Shown: positions 18,719-27,825 of the stretch, one piece after another
Layout: each line of letters opens with the position of its first letter
Position numbering within the stretch: position 1 is the stretch's first letter
Origin: Deltaproteobacteria bacterium
Lineage (GTDB): Bacteria; Myxococcota_A; UBA9160; SMWR01
Assembly (NCBI GenBank): GCA_032128115.1
Contig: JAQBHB010000097.1
Span: 1 to 50,931 of the forward strand
Length of the DNA stretch: 50,931 bases
Direction: 5' to 3'
Program-made: the position numbers and the translations under genes
The notes under the pieces: model-generated
The model's input: the letters and a program-made list of their open reading frames with translations, nothing else
Database searches by the model: none
Told to the model about the DNA's origin: nothing

Positions 18719-19138
18719 CTAGCGGCGTCGCGCCGTCTTTCTCCGAACGGCCTTTCGCCGGACCGGCTTGCGCCGGGCCGTCTTCTTCCGCGCGGTCTTG
18801 CGGGCCGTCTTCCGCCGCACGGCCTTCTTGCGCGCAGGCTTGCGCCTGGCGGTCTTCCGCCGCACGGCCTTCTTGCGGGCCGGCTTGCGCCGGGCGGCCT
18901 TCTTGCGGCCCGTGGACCGCTTCATCTTGACCTTGGCGACATTGCCCTTCTTGTCGATGAAGTAGAGGAATCCCGCTTCCTTCTCGATCCCTACCTTCGC
19001 GACCTTCTCGCGCCGCTTGGGCGTCGTGCCGCCACCACCCTGCTGTGCCAGTGCCCGGCTCACATCGCCTCGTTTGTCGAGGAAGTAGAGCCAGCCTTTT
19101 TCCCGACGGATTCCGGTCTTTTCTACGATCGTGGCCAT
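18719..19138 (-). CDS. Basic putative nucleoid/DNA-binding protein: two tandem ~25-aa repeats plus a histone H1/Hc2-like K/R/A/P tail
   Basis: AAGGAG SD. Repeats GIRREKGWLYFLDKRGDVSR and GIEKEAGFLYFIDKKGNVAK, then (RKKAA/RRKPA/RKKAV/RRKTA)n. Confidence 0.8.
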   Translation of the reverse strand: MATIVEKTGIRREKGWLYFLDKRGDVSRALAQQGGGGTTPKRREKVAKVGIEKEAGFLYFIDKKGNVAKVKMKRSTGRKKAARRKPARKKAVRRKTARRKPARKKAVRRKTARKTARKKTARRKPVRRKAVRRKTARRR

Positions 19139-19261
19139 CGGCCATCTCCTTCGCATTCTCAGTTCGCCCCGCCGGGGAGGAAGGCCAGGCGGAGTTGGAG
19201 GTCACCTGGAGGAAGCGCGTCTCGTCGGGCCCCGAGGGAAGAGCCCCACGCACCGACGGGG

Positions 19262-19290
19262 AAGATGGGTCCCTCCGTCGGCCGTGTCAA
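19262..19290 (-). promoter_or_regulatory. Putative sigma70 promoter for the basic protein gene
   Basis: Minus strand TTGACA-17 nt-CATCTT. Confidence 0.6.
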
Positions 19291-19348
19291 GCTTTTCCAG
19301 GGGCTTATCGCTGGAAGTTGCGGGCCGGCCCGACGGCTGGAGGAAGGC

Positions 19349-20302
19349 TCAGGCCGCCAGGGCCTCGATGGCGTCCAGGATCTGGGTCTCCAGTGTCACC
19401 CCATCCAGGCGATTGACCTCCTGGACGCCCGTCGGGCTGGTGACGTTTACCTCGGTCAGGAACCCGCCGATCACGTCGATTCCGACGAAGAAGAGGCCGT
19501 CGCGGCGGAGGGCCGGAGCCAGGCGCTCGATGATCCGGCGGTCGTTCTCGTCGAGACCCGTCCGGGTGGGGTGCCCGCCCGCGTGCAGATTGGCCCGCGT
19601 CTCGTTCTCCGCCGGCACCCGCATCAGGGCGCCCAGGGGCTCGCCTTCCAGCATCAGGATCCGCTTGTCGCCCTGGCGCACGGCAGGCAGGTAGCGCTGG
19701 GCCATGATCCGGCGGGTCTCGAAGCGCGTGCACTGCTCCAGGATCGACCGCAGGTTGCGATCGCCGTTGCGCAGGTAGAAGACACCCTCGCCCCCCCGCC
19801 CGTCGAGGGGCTTCACGATCATCTCGCCGTCGAGCTTCGCCATGAAATCCATCAGCTGGGAAATGTCCCGAGTCACCAGGGTGTCCGTCATCAGGTCGGC
19901 GAAGTTCAGGGCGTAGAGCTTCTCGTTGGCCGACAAGATCGACTCGGGACGATTCAGGACGCGAGCCTCGCGGCAAAGGCTGAGGATCTGGGTGGCCACC
20001 ATGTACTCGGCGTCCACCGGTGGATCCACGCGTTGCAGCACCACGTCCACTTCGGCGTCGAGCACGGCGAAGCGGCCCGGCCCAAGCTCGGCGTGGCGGC
20101 CGGCTTCCCGCTGAACCGTGACGGGGCTCACCTGGGCCACCACGCCGCCGTCCGAGACGCCCAGATCGGAGGGGTCCACGTACAACAGCCGGTGACCCCG
20201 GCGCTGGGCCTCGAGCATCATCACGAAGGTGGTGTCTGTCTCGATGTCGATGGACTCCACGGGGTCCATCACGAAGGCAAGCGTGAGTCGGGGGTTCGGC
20301 AT
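19349..20302 (-). CDS. gshB: Glutathione synthetase
   Basis: FVMDP...DTTFVMMLEAQRRGH, RVDPPVDAEY, NEKL, KPLDGRGG, GDKRILM, EVNVTSPTG. Confidence 0.96.
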   Translation of the reverse strand: MPNPRLTLAFVMDPVESIDIETDTTFVMMLEAQRRGHRLLYVDPSDLGVSDGGVVAQVSPVTVQREAGRHAELGPGRFAVLDAEVDVVLQRVDPPVDAEYMVATQILSLCREARVLNRPESILSANEKLYALNFADLMTDTLVTRDISQLMDFMAKLDGEMIVKPLDGRGGEGVFYLRNGDRNLRSILEQCTRFETRRIMAQRYLPAVRQGDKRILMLEGEPLGALMRVPAENETRANLHAGGHPTRTGLDENDRRIIERLAPALRRDGLFFVGIDVIGGFLTEVNVTSPTGVQEVNRLDGVTLETQILDAIEALAA

Positions 20303-20382
20303 CCAGGTAAACGAGCTTTCATCCGAAGCGGTAGCGCAGGGGACGCAGGCTTGGCTACGGTCCCATAACCCCCGGAGTTGTA

Positions 20383-22974
20383 ATGGCTTTCATCCGGTCG
20401 CGTGGTCTGCGAATCGTGCTCGCCACCGTCGCCGTTCCGGCCGTCGCCGCCGCCGGCGGCGCGGTGTTGTTCTACGCGGCCTTCGTGCGGAACCTGCCCG
20501 ACCTGCGGCAGCTCGACGACTACAACCCGCCCATTCCCAGCCGGGTCCACGACCGCAATGGCCAGCTGATCGGCGAATTCTTCACGGAGCGGCGCCGCTT
20601 GACGCCCCTGGCGGCCGTGCCCCGGCACGTGCTGAACGCCTTCGTCGCCGGCGAGGATAGCTCCTTCTACGAGCACACGGGGATCGATTGGGCCTCCATC
20701 CTGCGCGCGGCCTGGGTCAACCTGCGCGCGGGCGGCGAAATCGTGCAGGGCGGAAGCACCATCACCCAGCAGATGGTCAAGAGCCTGCTGCTCACTCCCG
20801 AGCGCAAGCTGCGCCGCAAGGTGCGCGAGATGATCCTGGCGCGCCGCATCGAGCAGCACTTCACCAAGGACGAGATCCTCTATCTCTATCTGAACCAGAT
20901 CTACTTCGGGCACGGCGCTTATGGCATCGGTGAGGCCGCGCACATCTACTTCGGCAAGGAGGTAGCGGATCTCAGCGTGTCCGAGGGCGCGCTGCTGGCC
21001 GGGCTTCCGAAGGCGCCGTCCCGGTATTCGCCCTACGCGGATCCGGAGCAGGCGGACCGTCGACGCCACTACGTACTGGGGCGCATGCGGACCGAGGAGA
21101 TGATCGACGAGGAGACCTACCGGGCGGCCCTGGCCAGCATGCCAGCGCTGGCGGGCCCCTCGGATTCCGGCGAGCGGATGGCGGCCGCCGCGTACTTCAC
21201 CGAGGAGGTGCGCCGCACCCTGTTCGACGCGCTCGGCGGTGACCGGGTGCTGAACGGCGGCCTCGACATCGAGACCACCCTGGACGCGGACCTGCAGGTG
21301 GCCGCCGTGAAGGCGGTGCAGAAGGGTCTGGTCGAGTTGGACCGGCGGCAGGGGTATCGGGGCCACCTGCGCCATGTGTCCGCGGAGGCGTTGGTGGATG
21401 AGATCCAGCGTCTAGCCATCGAGAACGAGCTGGAGGTGCCGCTTGCGCCCGAGCCGGGTGAGCCCGATCTCGCCGAAGAGATTCCACGCCCGCTCTTCCC
21501 CTCGGACCGCGCGCTGTTGGGCGTGGTAACCGGGGTCGACGTGAAGACCCAGACCGCGCGCGTCGCCTTCGCGCCGGGGCTCGAGGGTGTGACGCGACTC
21601 GAGACGATCGCCTGGGCACACGGGCCCAATCTCTCGGAGGCCCCGAAGCTGCTGGAGTCGATCGACGAAGTGCTGCGCGTGGGCAACGTGTCGCACTGGC
21701 GCGTGGCACCGCCCCCGGAAAACAGCGAGGAAACCGGATCCGCCGAGGCGCTTGCCGCGGTGGAGTCCGAACTCTGGGTAACGCTGGACCAGGAGCCGAT
21801 CGTGCAGGGCGCCCTGCTCTCCATCGAGGTGGAGACCGGGGAGACTCTCGCTCTCGTCGGCGGATACGATTTCCGCAAGAGCCAGTTCAATCGGGTGATC
21901 CAGGCGCGTCGCCAACCCGGCTCGGCCTTCAAGCCGTTCATCTACGGGGCGGCGCTCTCGCGCGGCTACACTGCCGCGTCGATCCTCTACGACCGGCCTG
22001 TCGTCTACACCGACGAGGCGTCGGGCTTCGTGTGGAGGCCGCGAAACTACGGGCACAGCTTCTACGGACCCATCACCATGCGCGAGGCGCTGGTGCGTTC
22101 GGTGAACAACGCCACGGTGCACCTGTTCCGCGACGTGGGCGTCGACTACGTGCTCAAGTACGCGCGTCACATGGGCATCGAGTCGCCCATGAGCCGCGAC
22201 CTGTCGCTGGCGCTGGGCTCCAGTGGCGTGTCGCTGCTGGAGATCACGCGCGCATACGCGGTGTTTCCCGCCGGCGGCCGCCGCGTGACCCCCATCTACA
22301 TCCGCCGGGTCACTGGACCGGACGGCGAGGTGCTGCTCGAGAACGTGAAGCTGGGAGTGGCGCCAAGCAGCGAGGAGTCGAACGCTGACGGCCTCGCCGC
22401 CGTGGCCGCCGGCGAAGGCGGCGAGGTACCGGTGGAGGTGGAGATCGAAGTCGCCGAGAGCGAGGGCGAAGAAGAAATCGATCCGGACCAGTTGATCCCG
22501 CCCGAAGAGGCCTACCTCGTCACGGCGTTGTTGCGCGCGGTGGTGACGGATCCCAAGGGAACCGGTTGGAGACTGCGCCAGCTGGACCGACCCGTGGCGG
22601 GCAAGACCGGCACCACAAACGACCAGGGCGACGCCTGGTTCATGGGATTCTCGCCGGATGTGATGACGGGTGTCTGGGTGGGTCACGACGAGAGCCAGTT
22701 CCTGGGATGGGGCGAGACCGGCTCGCGGGCGGCGGCACCCATCTGGGTCGACTACATGAGCACATCCCTGGCCGAACGCCCCGTGCGCGACTTCTCGGTG
22801 CCCGAATCCATCGTGTTCTCGCGAATCGACCGCAAGACCGGGCTACTCGCCAGCGATACCAGCACCGACACGGTGTTCCAGGCCTTCCTGTCGGGAAGTG
22901 AACCCACCGAGTCGGAGACTACGGCGCGCACCACTTCGGAAGGGCGGAGACTGCTCCGACTCGACGAATTTTGA
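20383..22974 (+). CDS. mrcA: Penicillin-binding protein 1A (class A, transglycosylase/OB/transpeptidase)
   Basis: EDSSFYEHTGID, QGGSTITQQMVK, RKVRE, YLNQIYFG, RQPGSAFKP (SxxK), SVN, KTGT. Confidence 0.94.
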   Translation: MAFIRSRGLRIVLATVAVPAVAAAGGAVLFYAAFVRNLPDLRQLDDYNPPIPSRVHDRNGQLIGEFFTERRRLTPLAAVPRHVLNAFVAGEDSSFYEHTGIDWASILRAAWVNLRAGGEIVQGGSTITQQMVKSLLLTPERKLRRKVREMILARRIEQHFTKDEILYLYLNQIYFGHGAYGIGEAAHIYFGKEVADLSVSEGALLAGLPKAPSRYSPYADPEQADRRRHYVLGRMRTEEMIDEETYRAALASMPALAGPSDSGERMAAAAYFTEEVRRTLFDALGGDRVLNGGLDIETTLDADLQVAAVKAVQKGLVELDRRQGYRGHLRHVSAEALVDEIQRLAIENELEVPLAPEPGEPDLAEEIPRPLFPSDRALLGVVTGVDVKTQTARVAFAPGLEGVTRLETIAWAHGPNLSEAPKLLESIDEVLRVGNVSHWRVAPPPENSEETGSAEALAAVESELWVTLDQEPIVQGALLSIEVETGETLALVGGYDFRKSQFNRVIQARRQPGSAFKPFIYGAALSRGYTAASILYDRPVVYTDEASGFVWRPRNYGHSFYGPITMREALVRSVNNATVHLFRDVGVDYVLKYARHMGIESPMSRDLSLALGSSGVSLLEITRAYAVFPAGGRRVTPIYIRRVTGPDGEVLLENVKLGVAPSSEESNADGLAAVAAGEGGEVPVEVEIEVAESEGEEEIDPDQLIPPEEAYLVTALLRAVVTDPKGTGWRLRQLDRPVAGKTGTTNDQGDAWFMGFSPDVMTGVWVGHDESQFLGWGETGSRAAAPIWVDYMSTSLAERPVRDFSVPESIVFSRIDRKTGLLASDTSTDTVFQAFLSGSEPTESETTARTTSEGRRLLRLDEF

Positions 22975-24197
22975 CCGACCTCACACCGCAGGCCAGCGTT
23001 GGCCGAAGCGCCGGCGACCCCCGGCCCGAGGCCACGACAGCCTCGGGCCTGCGCGATCTCCAGAGCATCCTGGCCGGCGTGGTGCAGCGACTGCGGTCGG
23101 CCACCGGTTGCGAAGCCGCAGTGGCCTGGGCCCTTCGCGACGACGCAACCCCCTACCTGGCCGCCGCTGCCTTCGTGGGCCCTCTGCCGCTGGCGCCGGA
23201 CCAGGACGCTTTCGAGGCCACGCGCCTGCTGGACGGACCGACCGACCTGAGCGATCCGGACCTGCCCGCGCCACTCCGCGATCTGGCCGAGCGCTACGGC
23301 TACCGGGCAGCGGCCCCGGTAACCGGAGGAGGCGAGCGCCCCATGGCCGTTCTGCTGTTGAGCGGAAGCTCCGACACCCTGGGTGGCAGCGCGGGCAGAT
23401 TGGTGCGGCCCCGCGCCCTGGCGGTGCTCGAGGCCTCGGCCCGGCGCCTCGAGGGACCGCTGGCAGCGGCGTTGGCCGCCGGGCGCCTGTCGCGCCTGGA
23501 CCAGGACGTGCGGCGCCTGGATCGGCTGGCTGCGCTTGGCGCGCTTTCCGCCGAGATCGCCCACGAGGTGCGCAACCCGCTGCTGTCGGTGAAGACCTTC
23601 CTGCAGCTCCTGCCCGAGCGCGAGAACGACCCCGAGTTCCGCACCCGCTTCTTCGAGGTGGTCAGCGACGAGATCCGGCGCATGGAGCGATTACTCGACA
23701 CGGTCATCGAGCACGCGCGGCCCTCGGCGGACCTCCCGGGAGGGGCCGCAGCACCGAATCTCGTGCTCGACGCCACCGTTGAGCTGCTCCGCCACCGGGC
23801 GCATACGCGGGGCGTCGAGATCCAGGCGACCACCGCGCTTGATGGGGAGCCGCCCTTGCCCGACGTAGCGCTCACACCCGACCGCCTGCGGCAGGTCGTT
23901 CTCAACCTGACACTCAACGCCATCGACGCCACGCCCAAAGGCGGTTCGGTCCGGCTCCGCGCACTGCCCAGTGAAGTCGGTGTCGAGCTGGTGGTGTCCG
24001 ACCAGGGTCCGGGCATTCCCGAAGCCCTGCGCTCGCGGGTCTTCGAACCCTTCTTCTCGAGCCGAAGCGATCGACCCGGCGGGCTGGGCCTCGCCATCAG
24101 CCGCCGCATCGCCGAGGAGGCCGGCGGAACCCTGGAAGTGCGCGACGCCCCGGAGGGCGGTGCAGCCTTCCACCTGAATCTGCCTACGACAGATTGA
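22971..24197 (+). CDS. Cytoplasmic sensor histidine kinase with a GAF-like N-terminus
   Basis: EIAHEVRNPL, QVVLNLTLNAIDA, DQGPGI, FEPFFS, GLGLAI. TTG start overlaps the PBP1A stop. Confidence 0.9.
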   Translation: MTDLTPQASVGRSAGDPRPEATTASGLRDLQSILAGVVQRLRSATGCEAAVAWALRDDATPYLAAAAFVGPLPLAPDQDAFEATRLLDGPTDLSDPDLPAPLRDLAERYGYRAAAPVTGGGERPMAVLLLSGSSDTLGGSAGRLVRPRALAVLEASARRLEGPLAAALAAGRLSRLDQDVRRLDRLAALGALSAEIAHEVRNPLLSVKTFLQLLPERENDPEFRTRFFEVVSDEIRRMERLLDTVIEHARPSADLPGGAAAPNLVLDATVELLRHRAHTRGVEIQATTALDGEPPLPDVALTPDRLRQVVLNLTLNAIDATPKGGSVRLRALPSEVGVELVVSDQGPGIPEALRSRVFEPFFSSRSDRPGGLGLAISRRIAEEAGGTLEVRDAPEGGAAFHLNLPTTD

Positions 24198-24212
24198 TTC
24201 CCCCCAGGGTAT

Positions 24213-24257
24213 AGTGGTCATTGACCACTTGATTTTCTGAGACTCCATGCCTACCAT
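24213..24257 (+). promoter_or_regulatory. 17-bp palindrome plus adjacent sigma70-like promoter
   Basis: AGTGGTCA-T-TGACCACT (24213-24229). TTGATT (24229-24234)-17 nt-TACCAT (24252-24257). Confidence 0.6.
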
Positions 24258-24265
24258 CAGGAGGT

Positions 24266-24793
24266 ATGGCCTACCTTCGCCGACGCTCGGACGGCAGGGT
24301 CGAGATCCGCGAGTCCGTGGCGACCCGAGTCGGCCCCCGAGCTCGCACGCTGGCCGTATTTCGCGGCCTTCTCTCCCCTGACGTGCTCGAACACGCTCGC
24401 GCCAGGGCGTTGCGTCCCTTCGATTCGGACGCGCTCCGGCTCCGCGCCAGAGCGCTCCGGGTGCCTGTGAGCTCCCGCCGCACAGACGTCTCGGCCCGGG
24501 CGCTGCTCGCGGAGTTGCACGAGGGCACCGCTCCGGTCCCCGTGCTGGTCGGTCTGCTGCGCCGGGCACTCGCCGCCTGCCCTGAGTCCGATCCCCCGGA
24601 GGACCTGGTGGAGGTCGCCGAGTGGGTGGGCCAGGGCCTGCGCGCCCGCGGCCGGGCCCTGCGTGGACTGCTGCGCACCACCGATCGCCTGGTTCGCGGT
24701 CGGCCTCCTCGGCGGGAGCGCCCGGCCGAGCGCTTCCCGCGCTTCCAGTCACGGCCGGGGGGATCGGCCCGGCCGGACGCGTCGTCCGCGTGA
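24266..24793 (+). CDS. Hypothetical basic protein, putative antitoxin/regulator
   Basis: 175-aa ORF filling the gap. The stop overlaps the GTG of the downstream nucleotidyltransferase (GTGA). Confidence 0.7.
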   Translation: MAYLRRRSDGRVEIRESVATRVGPRARTLAVFRGLLSPDVLEHARARALRPFDSDALRLRARALRVPVSSRRTDVSARALLAELHEGTAPVPVLVGLLRRALAACPESDPPEDLVEVAEWVGQGLRARGRALRGLLRTTDRLVRGRPPRRERPAERFPRFQSRPGGSARPDASSA

Positions 24794-25347
24794 GCCCGGC
24801 GCTCCTCGACGAAAAAATCCTCGCCCTCGAGGCGTCACTCACGGACCACGAGATTCCCCACGCCTTCGGGGGAGCGCTGGCCCTGGCCTATTACGCGACG
24901 CCGCGCGCGACCCTCGATATCGACCTCAATGTCTTCCTCCCCAGCGAGGAAGCAGAGCGGGTATTCCAGGTTTTCATGGCCCTGGATATTTCTCCGCCGG
25001 CCGATGGCGAGCGGGACAGCCTGCGCGAGCGCGGCCAGATCCGCCTCATCTGGGAACACACTCCGATCGATCTGTTCTTCGCGTACGACCCGCTTCACGA
25101 ACGCTGCATGGAGCGACTGCAGCGCGTTCCCTTCGGCGACGGCGACGCGATTCCGGTCTTGAGCGCAGAGGACCTGGCGATCTTCAAGGTGATCTTCAAC
25201 CGGGACAAGGACTGGCGCGACCTGCAGGAGTTGCTCTTCGCCGTTGGCGGTGACTTCGACGCCGAATACGCCCTGGACTGGCTGGGCCGCATCCTCGCTA
25301 GCGGGGACGAACGCCTGCGGCGCTTCGAGTCGCTGGTCCGCGGCTAG
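24790..25347 (+). CDS. Nucleotidyltransferase, AbiEii/MenT (type IV TA toxin)-like
   Basis: FGGALALAYY-ATPRATLDID, IDLF, SAEDLAIFK, RDKDWRDL. Confidence 0.8.
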   Translation: MSPALLDEKILALEASLTDHEIPHAFGGALALAYYATPRATLDIDLNVFLPSEEAERVFQVFMALDISPPADGERDSLRERGQIRLIWEHTPIDLFFAYDPLHERCMERLQRVPFGDGDAIPVLSAEDLAIFKVIFNRDKDWRDLQELLFAVGGDFDAEYALDWLGRILASGDERLRRFESLVRG

Positions 25348-26624
25348 CGGCCACCGCCGCCGCTCATGGCCTGGAGCACGTTGGCGCGGCTTCCCAGCGT
25401 GTGGGCGATGCCCGAGAGCAGAGCGAAGACGCGGGCCACGAGCACGAAGTCGCTGGGCACCTCCACCACCGGGTCCTCGCGAATTGCCTCGAAGAGTTCA
25501 TCGGTCATCTCCTCGGTGAACTCACCCTCGAAGCTCCCGGTGTCGCTTCGGCTCACCATGCGGCGGGCGATCAGGACGAAAGTGTCGGTGTTGCCCGTCT
25601 TCGAGCGGAAGCCCAGCTCGTGGAAGGCCCGGATCATCGCCGCTTCGTTGAACGTCATGAGCGAGAACATCAGTTCGAACAGGCCCAGCCCGAATCCCTC
25701 GGGCAGTTCCTTCGAGAGGCCGAAGTCGATCACCACGATCGCGCCATCGGGCCGGACGAAGAGATTGCCCGGGTGGGGATCGGCCTGGAAGAAGCCGGCG
25801 GCCAGGATCATGCGCACATAGATGTGCATCAGATCCTGGAGCACGTCGGCCGGGTCGAGGCCCGCAGCGATCAACTGCTCCTTCTCCGTGATCTTCGTTC
25901 CGCTCACCAGCTCCATCACGAGAACGCGCGACGTGCTCCACTCGGCGTGGGTCGCCGGAATCACCACGTGGGAATCGTCAGCGAACAGTTTGCGAATACG
26001 CTCTGCGCACCCGGCTTCCCGAACGAAGTCGAGCTCGTAGCTCAGGTGGGTGGTGAGCTCCGTGAGCAGGGGAAGCAGCTCGAGGGGCTGCGGATCGAAG
26101 AACTCGTAGACCTGACACACGCGCCGCATGTTGGCCAGGTCGGTTCGGATGATGTCCTCGATGTCGGGATACTGGACCTTCACCGCCACGTCGCGGCCGT
26201 CGAGCAGCGTCGCCCGGTGCACCTGCGCCAGCGAAGCCGACGCGATGGGCTCCCGCGCAAACTCGGCGAAAACCGCGTCGATGGGCTTGCCGAGCTCGTG
26301 CTCCACCACGTCGCGGATCACGTCGAAGGACTGCGGCGGAACTGCATCGTGGCACTGCTTCAGGTGGGTCACGAACTGCGGCGGAAACACGTCGGACCGG
26401 GTGGCCACCGCCTGGCAGGTCTTGATCATGACGCCCCGCATCTCGAGGGCCAACGCCAGGATCCGGCGGGCGGCGCGCTCGTGGGTGGGTGCGAGATCTT
26501 CGTCGCTCCGCGGCGGGCGGCCCGTGAACCGGCGGGAGTAGGCGGGGATCTTGTACAGGGACCAGAGCGCGGCCGCGTTCCAGCCCACCTGGATCGTGCG
26601 GCGGACCCGTGTGCCGAGATTCAT
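25344..26624 (-). CDS. ABC1/UbiB/AarF atypical kinase family protein
   Basis: PIASASLAQVHRA, VAVKVQYP, ELDFVREA, FFQADPHPGN, IDFG. Confidence 0.94.
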   Translation of the reverse strand: MNLGTRVRRTIQVGWNAAALWSLYKIPAYSRRFTGRPPRSDEDLAPTHERAARRILALALEMRGVMIKTCQAVATRSDVFPPQFVTHLKQCHDAVPPQSFDVIRDVVEHELGKPIDAVFAEFAREPIASASLAQVHRATLLDGRDVAVKVQYPDIEDIIRTDLANMRRVCQVYEFFDPQPLELLPLLTELTTHLSYELDFVREAGCAERIRKLFADDSHVVIPATHAEWSTSRVLVMELVSGTKITEKEQLIAAGLDPADVLQDLMHIYVRMILAAGFFQADPHPGNLFVRPDGAIVVIDFGLSKELPEGFGLGLFELMFSLMTFNEAAMIRAFHELGFRSKTGNTDTFVLIARRMVSRSDTGSFEGEFTEEMTDELFEAIREDPVVEVPSDFVLVARVFALLSGIAHTLGSRANVLQAMSGGGGR

Positions 26625-27715
26625 GCCGCGGGGCTGGCGGCAGGCTCGAAGCCCGTCGTCTCCGGCGGCGCCCAGTTCGATTCGAGCGCATCGAACTCCT
26701 CGAGCAGCGATCCCGGGTCGCGCGCCATCTGCATCGAGCGCAGCAGGCTCTCACGCAGGTCTTCCTGCTGCTCGCGGCGTCGATTGCGCGTCATGGCGTG
26801 GAGGATGCGGTGGAGGATCGCGTCGATCACCTCGCGCCCCGGGATCGGCTTGCCGTCCACGCTGCGGATCGTGCGCGCCTGCACCTCCGACAGGGCGGTG
26901 CGCAGGTACTCGACGTGTGGGTTCTCGTCGCTCTGGATGTAGGAAACCATCTTGCCGGCGCCCTCGGGATCGGCGGAAACCTCGGGATCGGACAGCACCT
27001 CGACGCCCCACTGGAAGGTGCCCTCGGCGAAGACCTCGACCACCAGCACCTGGGCCATGAACTGCAGCATGCGCACGAGGGGCTCGTCGATCTCCGGGAA
27101 GAGCGGACCCGAGCGCTTGCGGCGATCACGGCGACCCATGAGTCGCATGAGCACATCCCCGGGAATCTTCGGGTTCTCCAGCGCGGCGTCGCGGGCGGCC
27201 TCCCACATCTGCTTGTGGCCGCCCTGGTTGCGGTAGCCCGACTCGTCGCGCGCGTGGGCTTCGAAGAGCCCTCTCCTCAGGTGGGCCAGGGAGGTTCCCT
27301 GGAGGGGCTCGACGAAGAGCGCCTCCAGGTTGGGGACCTTCACGTCGCGGATCATGGCGCCGAATCCCTCAACGATCGAGATGATCGTGAGCGCTCGCAC
27401 GAGGGGATCGCGCACGCCGTTGCGTAGCAGCAGCTTCGCCTGGGCCACGTTCGGGTGCTGCGGAGGCATGAGCCGCCGGGGAATCGCCACCAGCTCGTGG
27501 CCTTCGCGCACGAGCCGATCCTGCCAGGCGCGAATCGCCGGCCCCCGGTGGAGCGTGCGCGGCGAGCCGTAGACGCCGTCGCGGTCGAAGCCACCGTGAC
27601 AGAGCACGCCGTTCGCGATCAGCGGCTCGGCATACGCCGCACTCGCGAGAAGCTCCTCGCTGCTGAAGACGAGACCTGCGGCCGCTGAGGTCTCCGTGGA
27701 TGTACCTGCGGTCAT
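26621..27715 (-). CDS. Uncharacterised ferritin-like (diiron four-helix) protein
   Basis: Spaced candidate ligands IVEGFG, RDESG(x)6H, VEVFAE, SDENPH. The stop overlaps the ABC1 kinase ATG. Confidence 0.65.
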   Translation of the reverse strand: MTAGTSTETSAAAGLVFSSEELLASAAYAEPLIANGVLCHGGFDRDGVYGSPRTLHRGPAIRAWQDRLVREGHELVAIPRRLMPPQHPNVAQAKLLLRNGVRDPLVRALTIISIVEGFGAMIRDVKVPNLEALFVEPLQGTSLAHLRRGLFEAHARDESGYRNQGGHKQMWEAARDAALENPKIPGDVLMRLMGRRDRRKRSGPLFPEIDEPLVRMLQFMAQVLVVEVFAEGTFQWGVEVLSDPEVSADPEGAGKMVSYIQSDENPHVEYLRTALSEVQARTIRSVDGKPIPGREVIDAILHRILHAMTRNRRREQQEDLRESLLRSMQMARDPGSLLEEFDALESNWAPPETTGFEPAASPAA

Positions 27716-27825
27716 CGCTCGACCCCCGATCCACAGAGTCTAGCAATCGGGGACCCCTCGGGAAGCGACCGGATTCTCGGCGGGTTACCATAGCGGCTTC
27801 AAATCCCAACCCGGAGTCCTCCCCC

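Noticed and set aside
24198..25347. Mobile element boundaries around the NTase module
   Set aside because: No transposase, integrase, terminal inverted repeats or target-site duplication found by eye.
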